Shown here: positions 1 through 10,781 of the stretch, piece by piece | Numbering within the stretch: position 1 is the stretch's first letter | Layout of the letters: every line of letters starts with the position of its first letter | From: an uncultured Gammaproteobacteria bacterium | Lineage (GTDB): Bacteria; Patescibacteriota; Patescibacteriia; Magasanikbacterales; GWA2-37-8 | DNA length: 64,000 bases | Assembly: GCA_964496095.1 (NCBI GenBank) | Contig: CAZBWU010000001.1 | Coordinates: 185,474-249,473, forward strand | Direction: 5' to 3' | Position numbers and translations under genes: made by a program | Notes under the pieces: model-generated | The model's input: the letters and a program-made list of their open reading frames with translations, nothing else | Databases searched by the model: none | Told to the model about the DNA's origin: nothing

Positions 1-70
1 TGGATTCCCGCTGTTGCGAGAATGACAGTTGAGACAGGGATCCCTCGGGGCGAACCCCACTCGGGATGAT
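1..70. repeat. Copy of TGTCAT-TIR miniature element family (truncated by window edge)
   Basis: GAGAATGACAG + GACAGGGATCCCTCGGGGCGAACCCCACTCGGGATGA, near-identical to 54350-54394. Confidence 0.7.
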
Positions 71-80
71 ATTGAAGTGA

Positions 81-1427
81 CTATTTTAAAATCTGTTCAA
101 CCAGTTCTCTTACATTTTTTACGGGCGCAATTTTGAGGTCAGGAATTTTTGGTAAATTATTCGAGTGGGGAACAACGGCAAATTTGAATCCCATTTTTTT
201 AATTTCATTTAATCTTTTTTCTGTCTGAGATACAGGTCTGATTTCTCCACCGAGTCCGACCTCGCCAAAAGAAGCAATTTCTTTGGAGATAGTTTTGTTT
301 TTTAAAGCAGAGGCTAGAGCTAAAATTACAGCCAAATCAGCGGCTGGTTCTGAGGCTTCAATTCCACCAACTACATTTAAGAAAATATCATAGGCATCTA
401 GAGGTAGGTCAGCTCGTTTGGTCAGTACGCCAACAAGTACTTGGAGACGGTTGAGGTCAAATCCTGAAGCTCGTCGTTGCGGATATCCAAAATTTGTTTT
501 GGTCACTAGGGCTTGGATTTCTACTAGTAGTGATCGACTGCCTTCCATTAGACAAGTGACAGTAGATCCAGGCACAGCTTCACCTCGTCCAGCTAGGAAA
601 ACCGCCGAAGGATTTTTGACTTCTTCTAGACCGTGGCTTTCCATAGAAAATACGCCAATTTCATCCGTGGCGCCAAAACGATTTTTGGTAGTGCGTAAGA
701 TGCGGAAGATATGGTATTTATCACCCTCAAGGTACAAAACCGCGTCTACGAGGTGTTCTAGGGTCTTGGGGCCTGCCACAGCGCCATCCTTGGTCACTTG
801 GCCAATAAGAATAATAGTTTTACTAGTCATCTTGGCAGCTTCAAGAAGTTTGGTAGTACAAGCTCGGACTTGGTTGATATTTCCGGCTCCGCCTTCTATT
901 TCATCAGAATAGATGGTTTGGATTGAGTCTATAATAACCATTAAACATTCTTTGTTTTGTTTGATAGTTGATATGATATTATCAACGTTAGTAGCGTTGC
1001 CAATTTTGAGAGTATTTGTAGAAATTTTTAGACGTTCGGCCCTAAGCTTTATTTGTTCGGTTGATTCTTCGCCAGATATATATAGAGAGTGAGGAAGAAT
1101 AGCGGCCATTTGCAGGGCAAGGGTGGATTTACCAACACCTGGCTCGCCACCCAACAAAACAAGAGAGCCTGGCACCAGACCCCCTCCCAAAACTCTGTCT
1201 AGTTCGCTAATATTTGTCTTTATTCGTTCAAATTTTTTGTTATTTATATTTTTGAGGTCAGTCATTTCAACAGGGGCGTAGCTAGATGTATTTTGTGATT
1301 TGGATTTTTCACTTATGCCTTGTGATTCTTTAATCATGCCCCATTTTCCGCATTCTAAACATCTGCCAGTCCATTTGGAATATTGAGCGTCGCAGTTTGA
1401 GCAGGTGAAGGAGGGGGATTTGGGCAT
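81..1427 (-). CDS. radA: DNA repair protein RadA/Sms
   Basis: 448 aa; N-terminal C4 zinc finger (CSNCDAQYSKWTGRCLECGKWG), Walker A GEPGVGKST, RadA-specific KNRFG motif, Lon-like C-terminal domain. Confidence 0.93.
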   Translation of the reverse strand: MPKSPSFTCSNCDAQYSKWTGRCLECGKWGMIKESQGISEKSKSQNTSSYAPVEMTDLKNINNKKFERIKTNISELDRVLGGGLVPGSLVLLGGEPGVGKSTLALQMAAILPHSLYISGEESTEQIKLRAERLKISTNTLKIGNATNVDNIISTIKQNKECLMVIIDSIQTIYSDEIEGGAGNINQVRACTTKLLEAAKMTSKTIILIGQVTKDGAVAGPKTLEHLVDAVLYLEGDKYHIFRILRTTKNRFGATDEIGVFSMESHGLEEVKNPSAVFLAGRGEAVPGSTVTCLMEGSRSLLVEIQALVTKTNFGYPQRRASGFDLNRLQVLVGVLTKRADLPLDAYDIFLNVVGGIEASEPAADLAVILALASALKNKTISKEIASFGEVGLGGEIRPVSQTEKRLNEIKKMGFKFAVVPHSNNLPKIPDLKIAPVKNVRELVEQILK

Positions 1428-1429
1428 AT

Positions 1430-3514
1430 TTATTTTGGTCTAAAGATTCTAGATATTGGTTTGCGAGAAAATTTATCACTACACTTTTGTGTAATACAGA
1501 CAGCTCCATAGACAACTTGTCCATCGCTGTACCTCTGTTTTGGGTCATTAGTTGAAAATTGCTGAACCATTCCTTGAATAACTTGCGCTCTACCATCAGA
1601 TAGCCATTTATCAAAAATCATTGCATGATTACCTCTACACACACTGCCATTTGCGTTATATATCCAAAATGCGTCCCCTGGCCTTAATTGGTTGATTGCT
1701 TCTGTTAATTTCTCTTCAGTAAGGGCTAGAATTAAAGTATTCATAACTTTTTTAGTAGAAGCTGTTCTTGCGTCTGTACATTCTGTTCCTTTATTTTTAC
1801 ATATTTCTTCACATTCTGTTTGTTCTCTGGACATACGATTTATATTTGTTGGCCAACCGAAGATTGTTTTGGTGTTCTCTTGTGTTTTACATCCACCATT
1901 TGTATATAAGCATGTTTTTGGATATTTTTCTGTCACAACACCGGCAAGAGAATAGATCGTTCCATCAGTTCTTCCACAGGATCCAAAACGCACTCCGCAC
2001 TTAGCTGCGGCGTCAGCTACTTGTAGAATACGATCTGCCTGAGTTTGACCAGTAATCACTGGATCTATTTTTGAAAAAAATTCAAGAGTGCGAGCTTCCT
2101 GATTGGGCAGTTTGGCCTTGCTTTCAAGAGGGGATTCTAATGTTATAGGGCAACTTGTAAATTTAGGGGTATCGTTTATAATTTCAGTCGCATCTTCAGG
2201 AGCAATAGTTTCGTCTGTAGTTTGTTGTATTTCGTCAAAATTTGGCAAGTCTTGTTTCTCTGCGACTTTAACTTTTAAAGCATTAAATTCTATTAAATTA
2301 GGGTTTATATTATATAGAATTGCAAAAGATCCCCAAGCGATAAGTAGGCCTATGAGAGAGTGGGTGATTTTTTTATAGCCTTCGGCCTTATTCTCACCAC
2401 CACCTGAAATGATGATTTTTACGCCTTGAAGAATAATTATAATTACTGCTATTATACTTGTAATACCAACTCCAAATTTATAAAGTGCAGAAATAAATTG
2501 GGCAAGCCAAGGTATAAAAACATAAGTACCGGTACCATCGCTTTTAATAATAGAATTACTAAAATTTAGACCTGGAAAATTAATCTCCAGTTTTGGTTTT
2601 TTTGCATTTATCTCAGATATTATAGTGTCGAGTTGTGTATTTGCCGGGGGGGGTACTTCTGCTTTTGGGTTACAATTGTCATTTGTTATGTGGTCAAGAA
2701 AACATTTTTCAGTAATTTCGTATTGACCAAGGTTTGTTTTTAGAATTTTTGCCCCAATTTGAGAAAGAGGAATATTTCGTGTTAGATAGCGTAAACTTTC
2801 GCTGTGGTTTGTTCCATAAGTACCTCCATTTGGGTCTGTCTCAGGGTTTAGATAAAATATCTGTTTTTTTGTTGTCGGATACACATTTATCATTTCTTCG
2901 CACCAATTTTTATAACATCCATCAAATATCAGAATTGTTTCAGTGGGAAAATACTTTAAATATTCATTCATAATCCCTACACCTTTGCCCTGTCCTATGG
3001 CCACTGAGACGGCATCCGGTGAGTTAGGTATTTTTGAATGTAGTTCTGTTAAAGCTTCTCCCAGGTATCTTAAGAATTTTATTTGGGTAAAACTACCTGC
3101 AACCTCACCACTTTTTGGATCCATCTGTGGAATTAAAATGGCAATATTTTTTTTTGGAGCTACAATATCTTTTAATCCGTCGTTAACTAGCCATTGTTTT
3201 AAAGCAACTTTTTCACATATTTTAAACTCCTTACATATTGTATCTGGGTTTATAAAGTGACATTCTGTAGGTGCGTTACAAGCCGGCGGATTTAAACCAT
3301 GAAAAAAAATGTAAATCTCGTCTATTTTGTCCGCTCCAGATGGATAAATAATTCCATTTGTGTTTCTCAGGAATGATACTCCGTCTGTTACTGTGGATTG
3401 GTAGGTATAAAGAGTTGCACCATCAATATCTTCTTCTGTGGCATGAACAGAACCAGGTAACAAAAAAAATAAAGGCAAAAATAATAATAACAGTTTTTTA
3501 AAATTAAGCTTCAT
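1430..3514 (-). CDS. Large secreted/membrane protein of unknown function with VirB2/TrbC-pilin-like hydrophobic hairpin and Cys-rich C-terminal domain
   Basis: 694 aa; cleavable signal peptide (MKLNFKKLLLLFLPLFFLLPGSVHA); internal two-helix hydrophobic hairpin with Gly-rich charged turn (...SIIAVIIIILQGVKIIISGGGENKAEGYKKITHSLIGLLIAWGSFAIL...) reminiscent of T4SS pilins; many Cys in C-terminal third. Confidence 0.5.
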   Translation of the reverse strand: MKLNFKKLLLLFLPLFFLLPGSVHATEEDIDGATLYTYQSTVTDGVSFLRNTNGIIYPSGADKIDEIYIFFHGLNPPACNAPTECHFINPDTICKEFKICEKVALKQWLVNDGLKDIVAPKKNIAILIPQMDPKSGEVAGSFTQIKFLRYLGEALTELHSKIPNSPDAVSVAIGQGKGVGIMNEYLKYFPTETILIFDGCYKNWCEEMINVYPTTKKQIFYLNPETDPNGGTYGTNHSESLRYLTRNIPLSQIGAKILKTNLGQYEITEKCFLDHITNDNCNPKAEVPPPANTQLDTIISEINAKKPKLEINFPGLNFSNSIIKSDGTGTYVFIPWLAQFISALYKFGVGITSIIAVIIIILQGVKIIISGGGENKAEGYKKITHSLIGLLIAWGSFAILYNINPNLIEFNALKVKVAEKQDLPNFDEIQQTTDETIAPEDATEIINDTPKFTSCPITLESPLESKAKLPNQEARTLEFFSKIDPVITGQTQADRILQVADAAAKCGVRFGSCGRTDGTIYSLAGVVTEKYPKTCLYTNGGCKTQENTKTIFGWPTNINRMSREQTECEEICKNKGTECTDARTASTKKVMNTLILALTEEKLTEAINQLRPGDAFWIYNANGSVCRGNHAMIFDKWLSDGRAQVIQGMVQQFSTNDPKQRYSDGQVVYGAVCITQKCSDKFSRKPISRIFRPK

Positions 3515-3518
3515 GATT

Positions 3519-4175
3519 TTATTTTTTAATAAAGGTTTCTAACATATCCTTTAAATTTATATCAGCTTTAGTATTGATAAGTTTATTATTTACAAAAATA
3601 ATAGGTAGGGATTTTAGACCTAAACTTTTCATAAGCTGTGAAGATTCTTCGATTTTTTGTTTGGCCAAGTCGCTATTAGCGCACTGCCAAAATTTTTCTA
3701 CATCCAGGTTTAATCCTTGGGCAATATTTTTTAATCCGGACTCATTTAAATTAATTGTGTTTTGGCTAGCTGTATCTACAAATTGCCAGAATTTTTTTCC
3801 ATCTTGTTGAAATACGCACCAGCTAGCTCGGTGAGCCAGGGCTGAGTCCTTAGAAAATATTTTGGGTTGAGGAGCGTCTTTCCATATAAGGCGTATTTCT
3901 TGAGGGTGAGCAAGAATAAATTCTTTAGTTGTATTATAAAAAGATAAGCATTCTTTACAATTAAAATCCATGAACTGCACTACCGTAATGGGGGCTCCGG
4001 GATTGCCAAAGACTGAATCAGTATCAGAGATAGATATAGGCGTGCTTTTTTCAGAGATTAAAGCGATAGGGTTTCTGGTAACTGTAATTTGTTTTGATTC
4101 GCGAATTTGCAAAGCAAATAAAAGTCCAGCCAGAGCCACTATTGCCAAAAGTAGAAAGAAAGTTTTTTTATGCAT
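3519..4175 (-). CDS. DsbA-like thiol:disulfide oxidoreductase (thioredoxin fold)
   Basis: 218 aa; N-terminal membrane anchor, CxxC motif (FNCKEC) in thioredoxin-like context typical of the DsbA family. Confidence 0.6.
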   Translation of the reverse strand: MHKKTFFLLLAIVALAGLLFALQIRESKQITVTRNPIALISEKSTPISISDTDSVFGNPGAPITVVQFMDFNCKECLSFYNTTKEFILAHPQEIRLIWKDAPQPKIFSKDSALAHRASWCVFQQDGKKFWQFVDTASQNTINLNESGLKNIAQGLNLDVEKFWQCANSDLAKQKIEESSQLMKSLGLKSLPIIFVNNKLINTKADINLKDMLETFIKK

Positions 4176-4181
4176 ATACCT

Positions 4182-5411
4182 CTAAAGTTGTGATTCAAAG
4201 ACGCCGGTTTTATTTAGGTCGGTAAATATTACTTTATTTTTTGAAGCGTCGTAGAAAATATTGTTAATATTATAATCATCGTTTAGGGCGATTGGAGTTT
4301 TAGTATTGGTTTTTAAATCTATTTTGTATAAGCTGTCGTAGTTATACCTGGCTACTTCTCGAGAAAGTCCAGCACCAGTAGGCAGGTCATTTGGTACGGC
4401 GCAAAAGAGGGTCTCGTCATTGGAGAATGTACATTTATCTGCCCAGGTATTTAGTTGGAGTATTTTGCGGTTGTCACCGATGCTGTCTCCATAAGAATCT
4501 GTGAGCCAAAGTTCTGGTTTGAAATCACTGCGGGAACTGTAGACGCTGTAGAGCAATTTTTTACCCGTAGTAGACCATTGTGGAGTAAAGCCAGATCCGT
4601 CTACAATGGCAGATTTGAAATTTTCTCCGTTAAGACCGATGAATAAAACTTCGCGTCTTTCACCGCCCTGTGGTTCGCCAGTCTGAGAAAAAGCTACGAC
4701 TTGTTGGCTAGGTGACCAATTGACAGTTACTTTGTCTGCATTATTTCCCATCGGTTCAATGAATTTGGCGCCGGTAGCATCACTGTTGGCAGTTACAAGC
4801 CAGCGGTTAGAAGGGTCTAGGCCAAGGCTCTTGGCCGCAATTTGGTTACCGTCTCCGGAAAAAGAAAAATCTTGCCAATGTTTAGGTAGGCTAACTTGTT
4901 TATTTGTATCAAAATTATAGATTATTTTTGAGTTATCAGGATATTCAATGACAGCTTGATTTTTGCCTTTTGCCCAAGTGACTTTTTGAGCATCAAAGAA
5001 GACTTGGTCAGAAAGTTTTTTGATATCTCCGTTTGGAGTAACGCGGTAAAATTTACCATCATTAGCGCTATAATAACGAAGGTCGCCACCGATACTGAGG
5101 GATGGTTGAATGGCGGTTTCAGAGATAATTTGAGTAGTGGCCGAAGGTTTGTAGTATGAAGGATTGGTTGATTCTATAATATTAGCAGTCGGCAGAGTTT
5201 CTCCGTTTGGGCCTACCGTTGTGCCGGCAGTTGAGCTTGGTTTTGTACCAGATTCAGGAAATTGACCAGGGGTAAGGGTTGGATTATTTGTTTGGCCTTT
5301 ATCTGAGCCTATTTGTGATGTTCTGATGAAAAAATAATACAAACCATAGCCCACGAGTCCAGCTACTGCCAGCAGAAGAATGGCCAGGACAATTCTTTTG
5401 AAGATAGACAT
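4182..5411 (-). CDS. Membrane-anchored TolB-like beta-propeller (PD40/WD40-like repeats) protein
   Basis: 409 aa; N-terminal TM helix; repeated WSP(S/D)G-like motifs (VNWSPSQQVVAFS, FSGDGNQIAAKS, PQWSTTGKKLLYS). Confidence 0.4.
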   Translation of the reverse strand: MSIFKRIVLAILLLAVAGLVGYGLYYFFIRTSQIGSDKGQTNNPTLTPGQFPESGTKPSSTAGTTVGPNGETLPTANIIESTNPSYYKPSATTQIISETAIQPSLSIGGDLRYYSANDGKFYRVTPNGDIKKLSDQVFFDAQKVTWAKGKNQAVIEYPDNSKIIYNFDTNKQVSLPKHWQDFSFSGDGNQIAAKSLGLDPSNRWLVTANSDATGAKFIEPMGNNADKVTVNWSPSQQVVAFSQTGEPQGGERREVLFIGLNGENFKSAIVDGSGFTPQWSTTGKKLLYSVYSSRSDFKPELWLTDSYGDSIGDNRKILQLNTWADKCTFSNDETLFCAVPNDLPTGAGLSREVARYNYDSLYKIDLKTNTKTPIALNDDYNINNIFYDASKNKVIFTDLNKTGVFESQL

Positions 5412-5484
5412 ATAGTGAAATTACAAAAAGCAAACATCAAATTACAAACGATATTATACCACAAAAAAGCCTAGCAAGTCTTTT

Positions 5485-6372
5485 TTATTTTGTTTTCATG
5501 GCAGGCTTCGTCAGCGACGAAAACCGTCCTTGGATTTGATTTTTAGCATCGTTTAGTTGTTTAAGCTGTTTTTTTATGTCTAGTTTTTTCTTGAGTGTCT
5601 TTAGGTTTTGGCTCCAAGAATATTTTTGTCGTCGGAGTGTTTTTAGAAGTTTGGTAATTTGATCAGTTAGCGGCCCCTTTAGCAAAGGGAACTTTCCAAT
5701 CCATAATAACGGTATTAAAAATATTAGATAAATTGGGGATAGTATAATAAAAAGTATTGGTATGACAATAGTAGGTAGAGTAAAAACAATACCTCTTATT
5801 ACTGAGAATTTATAAAGTAATACAGCATCTAAAGTAGCGGTAAATATTTTAAATCCTTTTAGCGCCACCATAAGACTTCCTGCCATAGCTACTAGCGCCT
5901 CAAGTTTCTTTGCCTTTGCGTTGTCGTCTAAGTTTCTTAAAGGTTTTTTTGCTTCTTCTATAAGTCCATTTACTAGTGAGTCTATTGGCGACCGAAAAAA
6001 GCTGAGTAATTTTAAGCTTTTACCATTTTTAAAACTAGTTAAATTTCCCTCCAGTTCAGCCAGGTCTCTTTCTAAGTCTGTTTCTTGTTTGGCAATTTGA
6101 GCAAGCTGACGTTGCTTGTTATCTGACATTTGTCCGGCTATTTCAGCCTCTTCTTGTGGATTTATTCTGTCTTCAACTTGAATTTTATTGTTAGTAAGAT
6201 CTCCATTAGCCAAGCTCTGTTGCGCGGCCACTGTGTTTATCCAGTTTTGTTCGGACCTTTTAAGATTTCGCTCTTGTGCTAAATTTGAAGCGGCAGCGGC
6301 CTGCTCGCTTTCATCAAGAAGCCCTGGATTAAATTCAGGGCTTTCCAACGGTTGTGTTTGTAGGTTTGACAT
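5485..6372 (-). CDS. Hypothetical coiled-coil protein with C-terminal transmembrane segments
   Basis: 295 aa ORF directly downstream of clpC; Gln/Glu-rich coiled-coil N-half, hydrophobic C-half. Confidence 0.45.
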   Translation of the reverse strand: MSNLQTQPLESPEFNPGLLDESEQAAAASNLAQERNLKRSEQNWINTVAAQQSLANGDLTNNKIQVEDRINPQEEAEIAGQMSDNKQRQLAQIAKQETDLERDLAELEGNLTSFKNGKSLKLLSFFRSPIDSLVNGLIEEAKKPLRNLDDNAKAKKLEALVAMAGSLMVALKGFKIFTATLDAVLLYKFSVIRGIVFTLPTIVIPILFIILSPIYLIFLIPLLWIGKFPLLKGPLTDQITKLLKTLRRQKYSWSQNLKTLKKKLDIKKQLKQLNDAKNQIQGRFSSLTKPAMKTK

Positions 6373-6373
6373 A

Positions 6374-8872
6374 TTATTTTATGGCCAATTTGTTATTCTG
6401 AAGGACAAGTTGGTGGTGCGGTTTTATTTTTTCACCAATTATAAGTTCAGCCATTATTTTTTCAACATCACGACGGATTTGGCGCCTGATTTCTCGGGCG
6501 CTATTTTTTTCAGGGAGTTGGTCGACAAACCAAGTAAAAACTTTGTCGTTTGTTTTGAGATTGGTGTGGTAATTTTCTAACTGCTTATTTAGGTCAGTAA
6601 TTTCTAAAGATGCAATTTTAGCCAGATCAGATTTATCTAAACTTTTGAACAAAGAAATTTGGTCAATACGATTGATAAGTTCAGGTGAGAAGAATTCTTT
6701 TAATTTTTCAATGACAATTTTTTTGCTGTCGGCATGATTGGTATTTTTGTCAAAGCCAATTTGTGATTTTTTGATTTCGTTTGCGCCTAAAGATGTAGTC
6801 AGGATAACAATGGCGTGTTTGAGAGAAATAGTTTTACCAACCGAATCAGTGATAGTGCCATTTTCCAGAATTTGCAAAAGCAGTTTGCTGACGTCTTTGT
6901 GAGCTTTGTCTATTTCATCAAACAGAATTACACAGTATGGATTCATTTTAATACGGTCGGTAAATTGGTTAGTTTCTTTATAGCCTACATAACCGGCAGG
7001 GGAACCAAGGAGTTTGGAAACGCCAAAACTCTCGTTGAATTCACTCATATTGAGGTGAATAAGCGAATTTTGGTGAGGATAGAGAGAGTTTGCCAAGGTT
7101 TTTGCCAGTTCAGTTTTACCAACACCACTTTCACCAACAAACATAAACGAAGCTAGCGGTCGGTTCGGGCTGGATAATTCCAATTGAGTTTGGAGGATAA
7201 TCTGAGAAACTTCATGTACAACTTCGTCTTGGCCAATGATATGATTTTTTAATTCTAATTCCAAACCGGAAACATCAGTTTTGGCATCAAGAGAAATATT
7301 GTTCGCAGGGGAGTTAATCATTTTTGCTAGCTGAACAACTATGTCTTTGTCAGTAATAGTTTCAGTTTTTTGATTTTTGTTTTTGATGGCAGTGATCTTG
7401 TCTTCTAAAGTTTTAATTTCTTTAATTAGAGACATTTCTTTTTCTTTTAATTTTACCGCTTTATCAAAATCTTCTCCGCCAGCAGCTTCTTCTTTGTCTA
7501 GAATAACTTTTTTTAATTCTTGTTTTAGTTTTTGGAGATTTGATTGGGCGATGGTTGGCTTGGCTGACAAACGTTTGGCTGCGGCCGTTTCGTCCAGTAG
7601 ATCAATAGCCTTGTCCGGTAAAAGTTTGTTGGTGATATAGCGGTCGGCCAGAATTGCAGCTTTGGTAATGGCTGAATCGGTAATAGTGAGGTTGTGATAA
7701 TTTTCGTAATTTTTTTTGATGCCCATCATGATTTTAATGGTATCAGTGACCGAAGATTCTTTGACTTGAATTGGCTGGAAACGGCGTTCCAAGGCAGCGT
7801 CACTTTCAATATGTTTTTTAAATTCTGTGGGAGTGGTTGCGCCAATACAACGGATTTGTCCGCGTGCTAGGGCAGGTTTGAGGATATTGGCCGCATCCAT
7901 AGTGCCTTGGTTGGAACCGGCGCCGACAATATTATGTAATTCATCAATAAACAAAATTATATCTTCGTTTTGACTCGCTTCGTCAATCACTTGTTTAAGT
8001 CGGCCTTCAAATTCACCGCGATAGGCAGTGCCGGCAATCATCATGCCCATATCTAGGGCGTAGATTTTTTTATTTAATAAAATATCTGGCACATCACCGG
8101 CAGCAATTTTTTTGGCTAGGCCTTCGACGATGGCGGTTTTACCAACGCCAGGATCGCCGAGAAGAATCGGATTATTTTTGGTGCGACGGCAGAGGATTTG
8201 CATCATGCGTTCTATTTCGTGAGCGCGACCAATGACTGGATCTATGCTAGAGACAACGTCGGGGCTGGTGAGGTCAACACCAAAAAAATTCAAGGCTGAT
8301 TCTTTGTGGTGATTTTTTTTGTGAGCAATCATGGCCGGGTTGTTATTTGGTAACATCATATCGTCCGATAAACTTTCTTGAATGCGATCCATAACCTCGG
8401 GGATTTTGCTGGCCTGAGGAAACTGTGAGGCGTTAGTTAAAACAATATCTATTTGTTCTTCTAGTTCAGTTTTTTTGACTTTGCCGGTTTTTAAGAGCTG
8501 ATCTATTTTTTCGTCATTAGCGTCAAGTAAGCCGGCTAAAAGATGTTCGGTGCCAAGATAATTATGATTATTTTTTTGAGCGATAATAATAGCTTTTTCC
8601 AAAGCGGTTTTGGCGTTAGTAGAAAAAGGGGATAGCTTGATATATGGTTTGGCAGGCGAAGTTGATTTGAAATTGAGCAAAACAGACTCAATCTTTTTGG
8701 TATCAAGGTTATAGCGCTCCAGAATTTCATTGGCCATTGAGCCTTTTTGCAAAGATAAAGCCAACAATAAATGAGCCGGTTCAACGGAGATATTTTTGAG
8801 GTCAGTAGCCAGGCTAATGCTGTTGATAAGCACTTCGCGCAGGTTAGTAGAAAAGCGGTCAATAATGGACAT
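6374..8872 (-). CDS. clpC: ATP-dependent Clp protease ATP-binding subunit ClpC
   Basis: 832 aa; duplicated Clp_N repeats, two AAA+ modules with Walker [16 protein letters not shown] and [15 protein letters not shown], short middle (UVR-like) domain. Confidence 0.92.
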   Translation of the reverse strand: MSIIDRFSTNLREVLINSISLATDLKNISVEPAHLLLALSLQKGSMANEILERYNLDTKKIESVLLNFKSTSPAKPYIKLSPFSTNAKTALEKAIIIAQKNNHNYLGTEHLLAGLLDANDEKIDQLLKTGKVKKTELEEQIDIVLTNASQFPQASKIPEVMDRIQESLSDDMMLPNNNPAMIAHKKNHHKESALNFFGVDLTSPDVVSSIDPVIGRAHEIERMMQILCRRTKNNPILLGDPGVGKTAIVEGLAKKIAAGDVPDILLNKKIYALDMGMMIAGTAYRGEFEGRLKQVIDEASQNEDIILFIDELHNIVGAGSNQGTMDAANILKPALARGQIRCIGATTPTEFKKHIESDAALERRFQPIQVKESSVTDTIKIMMGIKKNYENYHNLTITDSAITKAAILADRYITNKLLPDKAIDLLDETAAAKRLSAKPTIAQSNLQKLKQELKKVILDKEEAAGGEDFDKAVKLKEKEMSLIKEIKTLEDKITAIKNKNQKTETITDKDIVVQLAKMINSPANNISLDAKTDVSGLELELKNHIIGQDEVVHEVSQIILQTQLELSSPNRPLASFMFVGESGVGKTELAKTLANSLYPHQNSLIHLNMSEFNESFGVSKLLGSPAGYVGYKETNQFTDRIKMNPYCVILFDEIDKAHKDVSKLLLQILENGTITDSVGKTISLKHAIVILTTSLGANEIKKSQIGFDKNTNHADSKKIVIEKLKEFFSPELINRIDQISLFKSLDKSDLAKIASLEITDLNKQLENYHTNLKTNDKVFTWFVDQLPEKNSAREIRRQIRRDVEKIMAELIIGEKIKPHHQLVLQNNKLAIK

Positions 8873-8957
8873 TTTAGAAAATATTTTTGACTTAGAATAA
8901 GGTCTAATATATACTAAATTGGCCTTTTAGTCAAAGATAATTTTATCTAAAAATTAT

Positions 8958-10328
8958 ATGGAAATAGTTCAACAAATATATAAGGCCTACGATGTTAGAG
9001 GGGTTTATCCAACAGAAATAAATGAAGAAGTAGCCTACAGAACTGGAAGGGCCTTTGCTGGGCTAATTAAAAGTGAGAATTCAGGTAAAGTGTTGACCAT
9101 TGCCGTTGGTCAGGATATGCGCACTTCTTCGCCAAGTTTATTTGCAAATGTAGTAAGAGGTATTACCGATCAAGGTGTAAACGTAGTTGATATTGGTTTG
9201 GTTTCCACTCCTACTTTTTATTTTGGAGTTAGTTTTTATGGGTATGATGCGGGTTTACAGGTTTCGGCTTCTCACAATCCTGGCAAATATAATGGTTTTA
9301 AGATGACACGCGCTGGGGCAGTGCCAGTTAGTGGTGATACCGGAATTATGACAGTTAGGGATATGGCGGTAGCCAATAATTTTCCAGAAGTAAAAGACAA
9401 AGGGTCTGTTTCAAAAAGAGAAGGGGTTCTGGAAGATCAGATAAAATTTGCTTTAGGATATGCAGAGACTAGCAAGATAAAACCTTTTAAAGTGGTAATT
9501 GACTCAGCCAATGGTATGGGCGGTCCGTTAATGGAAGAATTATTTAAATATTTACCTTGTGAGTTGGTGAAATTATATTTTGAACTTGATGGTAATTTTC
9601 CAAATCATGAAGCTGATCCTCTAAAAGACGAGAACAATAAATATTTACACGCCAAGGTATTAGAAGTGGGCGCAGACTTGGGAGTGGCGCTCGATGGTGA
9701 TGCCGATAGAATATTTTTTATAGATAATAAAGGCAAGACAGTAGAGCCGGCAATCATGCGCGGTATTTTGGCTAAGATTTTTTTGCAAGATAATCCGGGG
9801 TCAAAAATTTGTTATGATATACGTCCAGGAAAAATTACAATTGACATGATAGAACAATATGGGGGAGAGCCGGTTGTCACTAGAGTGGGTCATTCTTTGA
9901 TAAAAGAAAAAATGCGCGAAGTTGATTCGGTTTTTTCGGGTGAATCATCTGGTCATTTTTTCCTGAAAATGCCTCATGGTTCTTTTGAAGCTCCAGAAAT
10001 AATGTTGTTGAAAGTGTTGCAAGAATTATCTCAGAGTGGTCAGACAATGAGTGAATATATCGCGCCGTTACAAAAATATTTTCATTCGGGAGAAATAAAT
10101 TTTTCAGTTGAAGATAAAGAAGCGGTGTTTGCTAGATTAAAAGAAAAATATGGCGCTAATTTGCAATACGACTTTGATGGTTTGAGTTTTATGTGGCCAG
10201 ATTTTTGGTTTAATGTACGTCCGTCTAATACGGAAAATAAAGTGAGATTGAATTTGGAGTCAGTTAGCGCAGAGCTAACAAAAGAGAAAGTGGAAGAAGT
10301 AACTAATATTATTAATACTAGACAGTAA
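8958..10328 (+). CDS. Phosphomannomutase/phosphoglucomutase family protein
   Basis: 456 aa; active-site serine loop SASHNPGKYNGFK, Mg-binding DGDADR motif, GESSGH sugar-binding loop. Confidence 0.88.
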   Translation: MEIVQQIYKAYDVRGVYPTEINEEVAYRTGRAFAGLIKSENSGKVLTIAVGQDMRTSSPSLFANVVRGITDQGVNVVDIGLVSTPTFYFGVSFYGYDAGLQVSASHNPGKYNGFKMTRAGAVPVSGDTGIMTVRDMAVANNFPEVKDKGSVSKREGVLEDQIKFALGYAETSKIKPFKVVIDSANGMGGPLMEELFKYLPCELVKLYFELDGNFPNHEADPLKDENNKYLHAKVLEVGADLGVALDGDADRIFFIDNKGKTVEPAIMRGILAKIFLQDNPGSKICYDIRPGKITIDMIEQYGGEPVVTRVGHSLIKEKMREVDSVFSGESSGHFFLKMPHGSFEAPEIMLLKVLQELSQSGQTMSEYIAPLQKYFHSGEINFSVEDKEAVFARLKEKYGANLQYDFDGLSFMWPDFWFNVRPSNTENKVRLNLESVSAELTKEKVEEVTNIINTRQ

Positions 10329-10344
10329 TCAGATGCTATTTATT

Positions 10345-10773
10345 TTAGGCGTCAAAATAATTTTTTCCAGTACGCAAAGCTTCTAAATATTGAGGCATGG
10401 TGCCGTATAAAGGACTTGGTAAGTTATTAAGATCATACCAATCCCAACCTTCACATTTGTTAGGTTCAAGGTTTTGTGATTCTCCGCTTTTCCAGTCGGC
10501 TAACAAGCCGATATTAATATAATGTTTGTCGTATTTTTTTAGATTATATAAACTTAAAAATCTTACGTTTTCTATTTCTATTCCAGCCTCTTCTCTAGTT
10601 TCTCTTTTGGCACACTCTTCCAATGATTCCATATATTCTACATGTCCACCCGGATTGGCGTATTCATTTTCGCCGTCGTTATTTGTATTTTTTCTTTTTC
10701 CAAGAAGAACTTTTCCATCCTTAAAAATCATAACACCAATACCAACTTTTGGGCGTTGATTTTCAGAGTCCAT
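10345..10773 (-). CDS. NUDIX hydrolase
   Basis: 142 aa; Nudix box GGHVEYMESLEECAKRETREEAGIEI. Confidence 0.85.
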   Translation of the reverse strand: MDSENQRPKVGIGVMIFKDGKVLLGKRKNTNNDGENEYANPGGHVEYMESLEECAKRETREEAGIEIENVRFLSLYNLKKYDKHYINIGLLADWKSGESQNLEPNKCEGWDWYDLNNLPSPLYGTMPQYLEALRTGKNYFDA

Positions 10774-10781
10774 ATATAAAT

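Noticed and set aside
418-912. Antisense/shadow ORFs inside radA, clpC, the P-type ATPase, HU, infB and others (e.g. 418-912 +, 8536-8862 -, 33028-33912 +, 39331-39612 +, 48485-48936 -)
   Set aside because: They lie fully within well-supported conserved genes on the opposite strand and encode low-complexity sequences. They are typical non-coding shadow frames.
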